Positions 1 through 11,400 of a stretch of DNA of 62,780 bases are shown in pieces (position 1 is the stretch's first letter; each line of letters starts with the position of its first letter). The DNA comes from a virus. Taxonomy: Duplodnaviria; Caudoviricetes. A model generated the notes under the pieces. The model had not been told where the DNA came from and made no database searches. It worked only from the letters and a program-made list of their open reading frames with translations. The DNA is taken from positions 1 through 62,780 of IMG/VR virus record IMGVR_UViG_3300021197_001333. One strand, written 5' to 3'. A program made the translations under genes and the position numbers.

Positions 1-354
1 AAAATTGGAATCTTCTATAAATTTAAAGAGGAGCTTAACGCCCTTAAAAAAATCTATGGAGAAGACCTGACGACAGAGCTTGAAGAGTTTGAAACCACCG
101 ACAAAAGTATTGCCCTGCAAATTGTATCAGGAAGGGAAGGTATCTCTCTGAGACAAGCCTCTGCCCTTGTGTATTACAACATAGACTTCTCTGCGACGAG
201 CTATTGGCAATCACGCGATAGGATGACTACTAAAGACAGGCTTAAGAGCGATGTGTATTGGATATTTTCTAAAGGAGGTATAGAGGATAAGATATATAAA
301 GCTGTAGTTAAAAAGAAATCATATACCCTCACTCACTTTAAAAAAGATGCTTAA
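1..354 (+). CDS. SNF2/SF2-type helicase, C-terminal part (continues in frame from 61710..62780 across the window edge)
   Basis: Frame +1 is open from base 1 (KIGIFYKFKEELNAL...QIVSGREGISL...YYNIDFSATSYWQSRDR), giving helicase C-domain motifs V/VI. It joins ...NFEGQ at 62780 without a frameshift. Confidence 0.85.
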   Translation, partial: KIGIFYKFKEELNALKKIYGEDLTTELEEFETTDKSIALQIVSGREGISLRQASALVYYNIDFSATSYWQSRDRMTTKDRLKSDVYWIFSKGGIEDKIYKAVVKKKSYTLTHFKKDA

Positions 355-1102
355 ATTATGTAAAAAATGCGATAAAGAGTTTACACCCCAAAAGGGACTT
401 TTAAATTTTTGTTCTCTAGCGTGTAGAAACTCTAGAAAGTTTAGTGCAAAAGCCAAACTTAAAAAATCAATTAAAAGTCGCAAAGCGTGGGAGGACGGAA
501 AAATGGATATGATAAATTTTAAAAAGGTTAATAATTCTAAACACAAGATAGAAAAAGGAAAGTTAACATGGATTAACAAGTATCTAGAAGAGAGAGAAAG
601 TGGGGTACTTCATTCTTGGGATACTCTTAGAAAATACCACTTTATAATACAGAACCATACGTGTGAAGTTTGTACTACTTCTAAATGGAATGGTCAGAAA
701 ATACCGCTAGAGCTTCATCATATCAATGGAGACCTAAGCGATAATACTGATGAGAATCTTCAGGTTGTATGTCCCAACTGTCACGCACAAACGCATAATT
801 TCCGGGGAAAGAACATAAGATATTCTCTTACAAAATTTTTAGATAAGGATGAAGTATTTGATGAGAGAATAAAAGACTTTACTCTTAGTAATTTAGTAAA
901 GGAATATAATGAGATGGAGAGACCACCTAACGGATACGTGAGGAAGAGACATTACTTTATTAATAAGTATAAAGTTTCCAACGGCATGATGGCAAGGCTA
1001 ATATTCGTACACAGGCGAAACCCTATGTTGATAGATATGATTGATAATAACAAAGACCTAACCCTTACTATGGTTTATAAAATAATAAAAAATAAAATAT
1101 GA
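347..1102 (+). CDS. HNH endonuclease (free-standing, homing-type)
   Basis: CEVC...LELHHING...N..ENLQVVCPNCHAQT HNH/Zn motif; N-terminal CxxC...CSxxC. Confidence 0.85.
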   Translation: MLKLCKKCDKEFTPQKGLLNFCSLACRNSRKFSAKAKLKKSIKSRKAWEDGKMDMINFKKVNNSKHKIEKGKLTWINKYLEERESGVLHSWDTLRKYHFIIQNHTCEVCTTSKWNGQKIPLELHHINGDLSDNTDENLQVVCPNCHAQTHNFRGKNIRYSLTKFLDKDEVFDERIKDFTLSNLVKEYNEMERPPNGYVRKRHYFINKYKVSNGMMARLIFVHRRNPMLIDMIDNNKDLTLTMVYKIIKNKI

Positions 1103-1536
1103 GCAAGAGATTTGAGACTGAGGCAGATTTACAGAGAGAGGAGAAAGCTATTAAGCTATGGACTAAATCACAGCCTGAAAAATGCTATGAGAAACTTGGG
1201 AGATATGAGGTAGACTATAGAGTCTTCTCTCAGAAGTCTAATGCTTATGCTTATGTGGAAGTAAAAGGAAGGCATAAGAAAGTAGATGAAGCGTGTCCTT
1301 TACCTATAGCGGCTCGGAAGTTAGTAAAGATATATGACGCTATGAATCGAGATGTTGAGGCTACAAAAGCATATATCATATGGGCCTGTGAAGATGGTAT
1401 TATAGTAGGAGATGTGGAAGTCCTTATAGGGAAATCAAAGGTATGGGGGCGCCCCCCAAGAGAAGGGTCGTCAAATGATAAAGAAGTTATGGTATATTAC
1501 GATGTGCAAAAAGGGCTAAAAAAGACAATGTATTAA
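1099..1536 (+). CDS. putative PD-(D/E)xK nuclease-fold protein
   Basis: VDY...YVEVKGR catalytic-like pattern; ATGA overlap with the upstream gene. Confidence 0.5.
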   Translation: MSKRFETEADLQREEKAIKLWTKSQPEKCYEKLGRYEVDYRVFSQKSNAYAYVEVKGRHKKVDEACPLPIAARKLVKIYDAMNRDVEATKAYIIWACEDGIIVGDVEVLIGKSKVWGRPPREGSSNDKEVMVYYDVQKGLKKTMY

Positions 1537-1766
1537 TGATTAAATTTGTTACATACGTCTTACGTTGGGTGAGTCAAAATTTAGCTATCCCGTTTTGGAT
1601 GGTTGGACATATACATTTAACGTATAATGTGTACGCAGATATAAAAGAAATAATAATATCATTAGGGCTAAACATTGTGGTAGCTATTGGATTTTTCCTT
1701 GACTACTACAAAGAATATAAAGATGACAGAGCAACAAATTCAGTCAAAGAGAATAAAAGAACTTGA
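1536..1766 (+). CDS. small membrane protein
   Basis: Two hydrophobic segments; TAATG coupling to the upstream stop. Confidence 0.5.
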   Translation: MIKFVTYVLRWVSQNLAIPFWMVGHIHLTYNVYADIKEIIISLGLNIVVAIGFFLDYYKEYKDDRATNSVKENKRT

Positions 1767-1965
1767 AGCAGAAGGATACTATGTTATCAAACTTATTCAA
1801 ACAAACAAGAACGGAATACCGGACTTGGTTGCTATCCCGCCTGAATGCGGGGTATTGTTTAGTGAGGTTAAAAGACCGAAGGGAAGATTATCGAAACTGC
1901 AAGAGTATAGAATTAAAGAACTTAACAGCTATGGAATTAAGACCGAGGTATACAGAGGAAACTAA
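1723..1965 (+). CDS. VRR-NUC domain nuclease
   Basis: MTEQQIQ...GIPDL...FSEVKRPKGRLSKLQ is a typical VRR-NUC signature. Start moved to ATG 1723 from the ORF-track 1687. Confidence 0.85.
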   Translation: MTEQQIQSKRIKELEAEGYYVIKLIQTNKNGIPDLVAIPPECGVLFSEVKRPKGRLSKLQEYRIKELNSYGIKTEVYRGN

Positions 1966-2263
1966 CGTTTGCGATTATGACGCAGATTTTCTTGAGACTC
2001 TTAGAGATTTTACCAAGCCTATTATACTTAGAATTATAGAAGTATTAGAAAAAAATGCGGAATTAGGGTATTTGCCACGAGAAGATGGATGGATACAAGA
2101 GATGGGATGTGTGTTAAAAGGAAAAGACCCTTTCTTTTTTGTAATACGCTTCCTTCATCAAACAGAAGACACACCTCTTTTTTTAGAGATTGAGGAGATT
2201 TATTGTGATGATTACTTAGACTTTATATTAGCAGAAAAAGTATTAATAGACTTTAGTTACTAA
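1931..2263 (+). CDS. hypothetical protein
   Basis: 3' part of track ORF 1763..2263. ATG 1931 avoids a long overlap with VRR-NUC; start uncertain. Confidence 0.5.
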   Translation: MELRPRYTEETNVCDYDADFLETLRDFTKPIILRIIEVLEKNAELGYLPREDGWIQEMGCVLKGKDPFFFVIRFLHQTEDTPLFLEIEEIYCDDYLDFILAEKVLIDFSY

Positions 2264-2264
2264 A

Positions 2265-2468
2265 ATGAAAGAGCCTTTATCAGTGTTTGAAATACATAGA
2301 ATAGCTTACATCAATAGTTTGATGAATCGTATTCATAACCATGCAAATTCACTGTATGAGAACCTTATGGACACAGACTTAAGTTCTGCTAGGCAAGACT
2401 TAAAAGAATTAAAAAGCGTTATAGAAGATGTCGAAGGGTCACTAGACGAGGGTTCAAACCCTCGCTAG
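2265..2468 (+). CDS. hypothetical coiled-coil protein, last gene of the plus arm
   Basis: 67-aa ORF whose stop abuts the stop of the convergent giant gene. Confidence 0.6.
   Translation: MKEPLSVFEIHRIAYINSLMNRIHNHANSLYENLMDTDLSSARQDLKELKSVIEDVEGSLDEGSNPR
2448..2463 (+). repeat. GAGGGTTCAAACCCTC near-palindrome, copy at the convergence of both arms
   Basis: Exact 16-mer (7-bp arms, CA spacer), extended by C/G to 2447-2464. Confidence 0.9.
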
Positions 2469-5400
2469 TTACTTATTGTATCTGTATTTGTTTCTTTCCT
2501 TTTCTCTTTGTTCGGCTGCTTTTTCCTTATCCCTAATATAAGCAGGGTTCGCTTCTTGCCTAGCCTTCTTTTTAGCTTTAGCGTCCAATTCTCTTTGGTA
2601 TGCCCGTGTCGGTTTCTCGTAACCCTCCTTAGCCGCTTTCTCTCGATACGACTCTGAGTATCCAATCATATCATATATCTCTTCTATGCCCGCCTCATCG
2701 AGGTTTCCTGCTGTTTCAATAAGAGCGATGAATGGAGCAAGCTGTGCCCCTATACCTATCTCTATTACAGTCTGCAACATAGCCTCCATTTCCTTATCAT
2801 CTTTAGCGGCTTTTTTCCACTTGTTAAATAAAGAGACAAATGGATTTACACCCATGTCTGCAGGTCTTCTATTGCCTGTCATATAATTCTCTATACCCTT
2901 AACGGTTGAGCCTACGAAAGGAGTCATATACACAAGGTTTAACCCCAACATCGCGTTTCTTATCTGCCTCATAGCCTCCTTACGTTCTTCATCATCTCCA
3001 CGTAGTAAGAGACCAAGATTAGACATCGCAACAAACGCTGCGTTGGCTGCCCCTAAGTTTAGGGCGAGTCTTCTTACGTCTTTTTGATTCACGCTTTTAA
3101 TACCTCCTTTTTTTATACTCCTTAAAATATTTGTTGAAGCCTGCATCACGTTGTTGATATACAGGATAGGAGTCGAACCGAACATCGTAAATCCTCTAAC
3201 GATAAAGTTACTGTTCTGTTGAAGGATAGCTCTTTCTGAAGGTCGTCTCGTTTGTTGAGTTTGGTTATACTCATTGAAAGCTTCGACAGCTTTCTCTTCA
3301 CTCATACCATTCTTTATATTACGTCTGTAGTTAGCCATGTATCCCATGACTCCCATGATATCACCCACTATAGTAGGAGCTGCTGCGGATTTTTTAAACC
3401 CTCTTGAAAACATGGCCCAACGAGTTTGTCTATTCTCTAACGCTGTTAAGGTTGGTGAACCTGATTCAAGCCCGGCAAGGTCTCCTTTTACCCCCTGAGC
3501 TAAACGATACCTAAATGTAGGAGACATTTCTGTAGCCATCTTTAGATACTTCCTTGGTTGTGCCATAACAGCAGCATAGTCCATAAGGAACGGAATGATA
3601 TCTACCAACACATTTTGCTTACCACTCTTTCGGAAAGTATAGTTCTCAAAAGCATTGATAAACGAAGTCATCTGCTTACCGATTTGAACTAATCGAAAGG
3701 CTAAAGCATAGGATGTAAACTTAGTTTGTAAAGCATTAAATATCTTTCCTGAAGAGTTTAGAGCATTTTTACCGGAGTCAGGGTTAACAGCATTATTAAC
3801 TGATTGCTTCACCATCTTCTTCATACCTAACACCGTTAGGACTCCATCTACACTATTGGTATTGAATATCGCGTTCAGCTTCTTTGTATCAGCAGCATAC
3901 GCTTTATAATGCTCCATAGTTTTTACATGAGACTCAAGGGCTGAGGTGAAGGACGCTCCCTTTAAGTTTATATCGCTAGTCATATCATTACGGTTCCTTA
4001 ATGCAGGAGCACTTTCCGCATTAAAGATTCCATTAAAGTCTCCGTCAAACAATTGCTTTGGATTGACATCGGCTTGTGTTGTCATAGTAGGGAAATAGTT
4101 CTCTACGTAGTTCAGGTTAACATCGTTTACATCACGATACACATCGTTTACTCCCTCATAATATTCATTACTTAAATACGCTACTACTTTATCTGCAAAC
4201 CCTGTTACATCTTTACCTAAGTACTCTTCAATCTTAATCATCTTTACCCTTGTAAAGCCCATAGCTTCTAGCTTACGGTTTTGAACAGGGTTTAGAGATA
4301 GAGCGTAGAGTCTTAAGAGTTGGTCTTTACTGAACGATTCATTTCTTTTTTTCCCACTGACCGTAGACTTTATCCCTTCTACTTTATACATCTCTGTATC
4401 GAATAACTGTTCTAATACCGCCTCATACCCTAAGCTTCTTAAGAAGTCTTGTTGTGTAAAGTAACCTTTTAGAGAGTTATTATCCATCCTGTTAAGACGG
4501 TTAAACACCTCTTCATAAAGAGTATCATTCAAGGAGTTCATAAATGTCCCTAAGTGCTTAAGACTATCGAACATAGACTTCACCATTTGGGGGCCATCTT
4601 TCCAATCGAATATTTCCCAATATGCCTTTGCCGCTTTAACCTGACCTTTTAATCTAGCCGATAACCCTTTCCCTTTCCCTTCTACCCAATACTCACGAAC
4701 AGCATCTAATAAAGCCCTTCTTTCGTTTAAATCTTTTATAAGAGTTCCATCCTCATGAAACAGCTCAGGGTTAGAAATACGTAAAGCGTCTGTAACTTTC
4801 TGTCTTAAAGCATCTGTCTCTAAAGCTCTTCTCTTCCTTGTTGCGGAGAGCTCTTGTCTAGACATAGACGCAGCCACAGCATAGTCATTAGCTAAGTTCT
4901 GCACCTCTTCTAACGACATAGATGGAAGGTTCTTTACTAAATCTAAAGCCACAGCTATATTAACTAGGCGCTCTTCTTTTGAGGTAAGCGTTTCTCCTGA
5001 CGCACTTTTTGCTAAAGCTACTATCCCTTCGTCTGTTTCTAACTCCTCTGCAAGTAACCTAAACTCTTCCATAGCTTTCTCTTGCTGCTTCTCAGACGCC
5101 ATAGCTAAGGTTAAAGCTTTCTTGAATACCTCTGCAAACGATTGGCCTTGTATATCTAAAGACCCTACTCTGTTTTTCTTGGTATCAGTAATAGTTTTTC
5201 TCGCCCCACGAGTTACATCAGTAAGTAGTTTCTTAAGAACTTTCGCCCTCATATTCTCTCGCTGCTTTTCAATTACTTGCAACACTTTCTCTACCTGAAC
5301 CCTATAGTTATCCTCTGTTACAGCGGCTGTCGCTCGTACTAATCTATTTATAGCCGCTTGACTGTAGTCTTTTGACGTAGGGATATGTGTACGGATAAGA

Positions 5401-8400
5401 TTCCTTAGCTCTCTTTTTATAGCTTGAAGTTCTCTTCCTTTTCTGTTACGTTGAGTAATAGAATTTCTTATAGCAGCTATCTCCTTAGCAACAGAACGAT
5501 TAGCGGTAATACCAAGCGCTCTATCCATAGCTATGACAAGCTCCATTTGAACCTGTTCGCTTTGCTCTTGGTAAACGGGGTTATCACGTAGTATCTGTAA
5601 TGCTTTCTCCCTCACTTCTGCCGGGGTCTTCTCGGTTACTACGGTCTCCGCTTGTACTCCACGACGAGGAAACCTTCTTAATAAAGCTGTATCAGATATT
5701 TCTGATAGGGTAGGATTTGCTTCTCTTAACTCATTGAGCCTAGCCGCTCTCTCAAAAGGTGTCATACGTACTCCTGTACGTTTTACGGTAGGTGCCTTAA
5801 AAGTATCTATCTCAGACTGTATTTGTTGGAACAGTCGTATACCTGCAGGCATACCTCCTACAATATTTCCAAACTCAAATGGAACCCGTACATCACTAAA
5901 CGAATCTACGGTAGCTGCCATCACTCTTTTAATATCTTTCACGCTATGACCCCTTGACTTGAGAACTTCTCTTATAGAAGCCTCTGAGTACCCCTCAGCT
6001 CTTCCCCTTGTTATCACCTCAATCATAGAGTCCTCAGGACTAGGTGGCATAACTTCTTCCTTCTGTTGCCTTCTACCATAAGCAAGTGGGGTAAACTTTA
6101 CCCCATTGTATTTTAGGTAAACCCCTCCTCCTCCTCCACTCTTATTCGTCTTGCTCTTCAGAACGTCGTATCCCATAGGGCCAAACATTCTCCTCACCCG
6201 CTCCATGTGTATGTTTGGTGGAAAGAATCCTTGGTCATTCATACCGTATAACCTTGCTTTCCTGCTAGTCACCGCTATCCTATCATCTTTCTGCTGACGA
6301 ATAGAAGGCTTGCTTGGGTCGAACTCAGTGTTTGTGCCGTCTGCAAGTTTGATTTGGTTTGGCTCGAAAGTTACAATTTCAAATCCGTCATCAAAAATAA
6401 TACCGTCGTGTCCTTCTTTTAAAAGCTGTGCTTTAAACTCCTTGTTTGCTTTTCTTAAATCCGATGGAGAACTATACTTAGTTGTGTTATTCGTAGACCA
6501 ATTGATTAAATCATCCCACTGCTGCTTAGTAGCTTGGTAAGGGTTCTCCATGTTCAAGAAGAAAGCTCTCCCTTCCGTAAGCTTGTCTTTTGCTTGCGGG
6601 TTTTGAAGTCCGCTTATAAAAGCATATTGGTCAGCCCCTGACTTTGAGTTAGAAAAGAAAAATCCTAACTTACTTATGGGTGTATTAGTTAATTGACCTA
6701 ACTTTTTCTTATCGAAAACATCAAAGTCTTGTGAAGTACCGTGGTATACCACCTTCGGCTCTCCATTCTCATCCACCACTTTACTATCCCCAAACCATTT
6801 CTTAAACGCAGGTGTATTAACTAAATCTTGCTGTTCTGAGGTTAGGTTAGAAGGTACCTTCTGCTGACGAGGGGCAGGCTTCTTCTTATTCTCTCGTCTA
6901 CGACTTAGCACCTCACCCCATTCCTCTTTAGACCAATCTTTTACCTCAGATGTATTGTGGATGCTGTCATCTAACGCACCCTCATCTACCAATACAAACT
7001 CTCCATTCTCTCGCATACCCCAATTCCTAGTAGCGGTAAAGTCATTCCATAATATATTATAATCCATGAACCCTTCTAGCTCAAGCTCTCTCATGGCATC
7101 CTGAAGTTCTGCCGTTTTATTTTTAAAATCTTGAGGAGTAAACTCTTTCAGTGGCTTTAAGAACTTATTAACCTCCGTGTCATTACGGGGTACGTTCTCT
7201 ATAATAATATAATCTAACCCCTGCTCTTCGAGTTCAGGCACAAAACTACCTAGATAGTTTACATCTCCAAATCCTAAAGCGATATTCTGCTCCAACCCCT
7301 TAGGAGTTTTTGCAACCTTGATAACATTTTTCCCGTCAGGGTGCATATATACGATTCTCGATGAGCCACCTTTAGATACCACCTCTAGCTCATTTACATC
7401 TAAGACGTCTGAGATTACCTTCTGCTGTCTTCCTTCTGTCTGCTTCTTGATATACTCCTCAGGAGTTAAATCCTTAGGTAGTATCTCATTAAGAGATTCC
7501 ACATCAGCCTCTTCTATTTCCCTACCCTCACGAGTCTTCCTCGCGATAGTATTCATAAGGTCTATTACACTCTCATCTGTCTTACCAAAGTCCGTCCCTA
7601 ACTCAATACCAAATCTAAGAGCTAAGTCTTTAAAGAACTCTATGATTGCATTCTTAGCAGGTTTAGATAGTTGCTTGTAGTCTTTTGATGACGCCAATAT
7701 ACCAATCAACTCAGCAAGCCGTTCTTCGTTTTGGAACTGTGCTTGGTCTCCTGTATACTTAGCAGCGAAGGCATCAATCTTTTTTGCTAACGCACTATTT
7801 TTCTTAAGGCTTTTACGTACAGATAGCATCATTTTCTCTGCCGCCTTAGCTGCACGAGCATCTGTCTTTACTGAGTTAAGAAAAACAGCATGGAAAACCT
7901 CATGAGCCATCGTGCTTTCTGTAGCTGAAGATAAGTTTACGTGGATAACATTTTCGGTAGGTAGATATTCAGCTCTTCCCGCACGGCCTACAGCTTTTAA
8001 AAACTCTTCGTTACTCTCGTGGAGTAAGATACGTGTCTTAGGGAGAATCTTTTTTATAGCCTTAGCCGCTTTTCTAGCCGCTACTACGACCTTATTACGA
8101 CGGACTTTGCCTTGGGGAGTAAAGGTAAACTTACCTTTTTTATTTATACTAATATTCCCTTCTATCTTAGTAGGTGTTGATTTTTTAACAGAGGTATCAG
8201 TTCCTAATGACTCTTCTAAGTCACGAGCTTCTGACATCAGTTTCTCTTGTTCTATAAGTTGTCCTTGTAGTTCTGCAATCTCAAAATCATTGTCTTTACT
8301 TACCTCCTCTTGAAATTTAGTAAGCTTCTTTTTGTCATTTATACGTTGAGCAATACCTGCGAGCAAAGCTTTCTTACGTTTAGCTTCAAGCGTTCCTTCT

Positions 8401-11400
8401 CGAAAAGCTTTAACATCTTCTTTAGTACCCTTATCTACTACCTCTATGGTTTCTTCCTCAACATCCTCCGTCTCTGTAACTTCGTCTTCGGGCGTAATCT
8501 CTTCGGTAGTTTCTGTGATGACGTCTCCTTCTCCCACTCCTTCGCCATCTGTGGCTTGTTCTTGTACATCCACCTCCGTTGTGCTTGACTCTTGAATGGC
8601 ATCTTCTGTAGTTTGTATTGCCTCCTCAGGGGCAAAGGGTTGTAATTTTTCTTCAAGGAGTATAGAGGTTTCTTCGTCATTAACGACCTCGCTATCCTTT
8701 AAAAGTTTAGTGGCTTTACGTAAAGAAATATTTTCTATATAATTTAAAAACTCTGTCTTAGAGTACATAGTATTTCCAATACGGTAACTAGGCACAGTAG
8801 TACGTTTACCTATCTTACCAAAATCAAAATTAATAGACTCGACAGGTGACTCTGATAACTCATTAGTTCTTCCTATCTCTGCAATCTCTTTGTTAACAGC
8901 GGCAAGCTCTTCACTAAATATACTTCTAGAGTTAGTGGTAGCGTCAAGTCCTGCACGGATATCTAAAAGCTCCATCAATCTAGTCTGAACTTTTTTATTT
9001 ATACCTAAACGAGAAGGACCTGTAATATCAAGTATCTCCTGAGCCTCTTTTCTGAGACCTAAGTTTTCTAATATCCTTTGGTTTTGTTCCGCAGAAATTT
9101 TTCCTAACTTAAGCATCCTATTGCTCCACGATTGAATCTGTGTGTCCGAAGCTCGCTCACTCGCCATCAGCTTCATATTCATCAGATTTTCTGCTATCCT
9201 TTGATTATAATTTCCACGAGTAGATTTATATATATTCATAGCAGCAAAAGGAGTTGCCATACCTATCGACCCTCCGGCTTCTGCTATAATTTCTTTTACC
9301 GAAATTTCGTCTCCCACATTTAATTGAGCAAGAAGTTCTCCTGTAGCTTCGAAGGGAGCGTCAAGTGCTACAGCCTCCGCTGCAAATGCTCCAACTTTTT
9401 TTGCTTTACTTGCTACCGCGACAGGTTTAAACACTTTACCTGCAAGACCCGTCATAAGGAAATCCATTAAAGCAATAGGGATACCACGTTTTAACCCACG
9501 CTCTCTACCACGTTCCCATACTTTATCATCTTGTAGAGCTTCTCCTGCCTCTTCAGCGTTATTCATGTTATATCCCAACTCTCTACCCGCATCGAGAATA
9601 CCATTGGTATATTCTAATACAAGGTTAGTTGTTGCATATCCTGCCCGAAGACCATACATCCCTCCACTAATTAAACCTGCTGCCGTACCTATTCCCGGCA
9701 CTATACTACCCACACCTCCACCTGCTGCCGCACCTGTTGCTACAAAACTTGGTATAAGTTTCATTCCATAAGGAAGTATCTGCGCCAAAGAAGCTCCGGC
9801 CCACGTAAGTATTACCTCCGCAGGGTCACGCCTTAAAGCACTTCTTACTTCACGACTAAACCCCTCTTCTGCAGAGTTAAATCTAGACATAGCTCTCGAC
9901 TGCCTTCCGTCAACCCCATTTAGATAGTCTGTCATTTCTTCTGCAGCCCTATTCATATCCTCTGCTTCCTCTCCATACAATCCCATAGCTGAATTAAGTA
10001 TAACGTTACCCGCTTGACCGCTTCTATACCCATCCATAAACGCTACGCTAAACCCTTCAAGATTATCCACAAACTCTACTCCGATATCTTTATTGGCTTT
10101 GGCATCAAAGTAAGTTAGAGCCGTTTCATATTGAAAAGCGGCAAGTTCTTTTTTTCTTTCAAGGGAGTTTTGAATCTCTACTATTTCATTAAGTCTAATC
10201 TCTTGCGCCTCATTAGCAGGTTGGTATGTATTTAGTTGGTCTAGAGTAACACCAAATTCATTTAAGACAAGATTATTTAATCCCTTTTCAATAGTCTTAG
10301 CTTCATAATTTACATTGGCCGCCTGTTGAGCCGATGCTCGATGTTTCTTTTCAAGGTAGGTATCAAAGTTATCTTGCACCTCCATATAGTTCTCGCTATC
10401 TATTGTCTTCCACAACTTAGCTTCTTCTTCATCAAGAGTATCAATAATCTCCTGTGCATCACCACGCAGGCTTCCGTCTTCTCTAAAATACATTTTGTAC
10501 GCCTCTTGCTCCTTAGGGGTAAGGTCATCGTACTGTCCTTCGTCACCAAATAAAGTATTCTTTTGAATTGCTAATTCCTCTTCAAGAAACATACGAGTTT
10601 CTTTTGCCTTTAAATACTTATCGTAAACTTGACGGTCAGAGAGATAGTCTCTCCCATATTCATTGTAATATTTCTGAGCTTCTAAGTCTAAAGTGTTTAC
10701 AGTCTTCCAAGAGCCTTTTGCAAAAGCTTCAGCCTCTTCTTGAGAGTCGAATGTAAATACCTCATTACGCCTCTCAGCCTCTGCAATAGCCTCATCCATA
10801 CCAAGCTCTAACCAATCCTCTGCTCTAGGAGAAGAGCGCTGTACGGTGCTCCTAGGGAACAGGGTGGGTGCTACTTTATGAACCCCATCTTGTTCATAAG
10901 ACATGAACTTTACTGTGGAGTGAGTACCATCTTCATTCCATCTTTGGCTATCTCGCATCTCTCGTGCTCGCATAGCTTGAGCCATGGCATCCTCATTCTT
11001 TTCTCTCGCTTTTCTACGTTGAGACGTTGTAAAGATAAGTTCTAAGTCTTTAGCTTTTTCTTCCATTGCATCCCGCTCTGCTAAAGCAGCATCCTCTACT
11101 TTCCTCTTATCTTCTTTTATCTTCTGCGCTTCTGCATCAAATGGTACCCCATCCCACTGCTGACCTCTTGCATCTGTGAGAGGAGCTTGAGTAGACGCTC
11201 TTTCAAAAGGACCTGCATCGTCAGTTACAAGACCTTGTTGTATAGATTGTAATAAAGGTTCAGGAGCTTCTTCGGACGAGTCCAAAGAACCATCTTCCAA
11301 AGTAGATTCCATAGGCTCGTCTTTTTTTTTTAAGCCTAGGTTAGGAAAGAATTGCTCTGAAAACTCTTCAGGCGTTTTAGTATACAGCCCACTTTTATTA

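Noticed and set aside
347-1102. HNH gene as part of a group I intron or intein
   Set aside because: The upstream helicase ends normally, the downstream gene starts with a coupled ATG, and no interrupted gene or intron core is evident.
2465-2665. 66-aa basic ORF overlapping the end of the giant gene
   Set aside because: Probably an off-frame product of the Lys/Glu/Arg-rich tail. It has no recognisable family pattern, unlike the 8444..8602 candidate.
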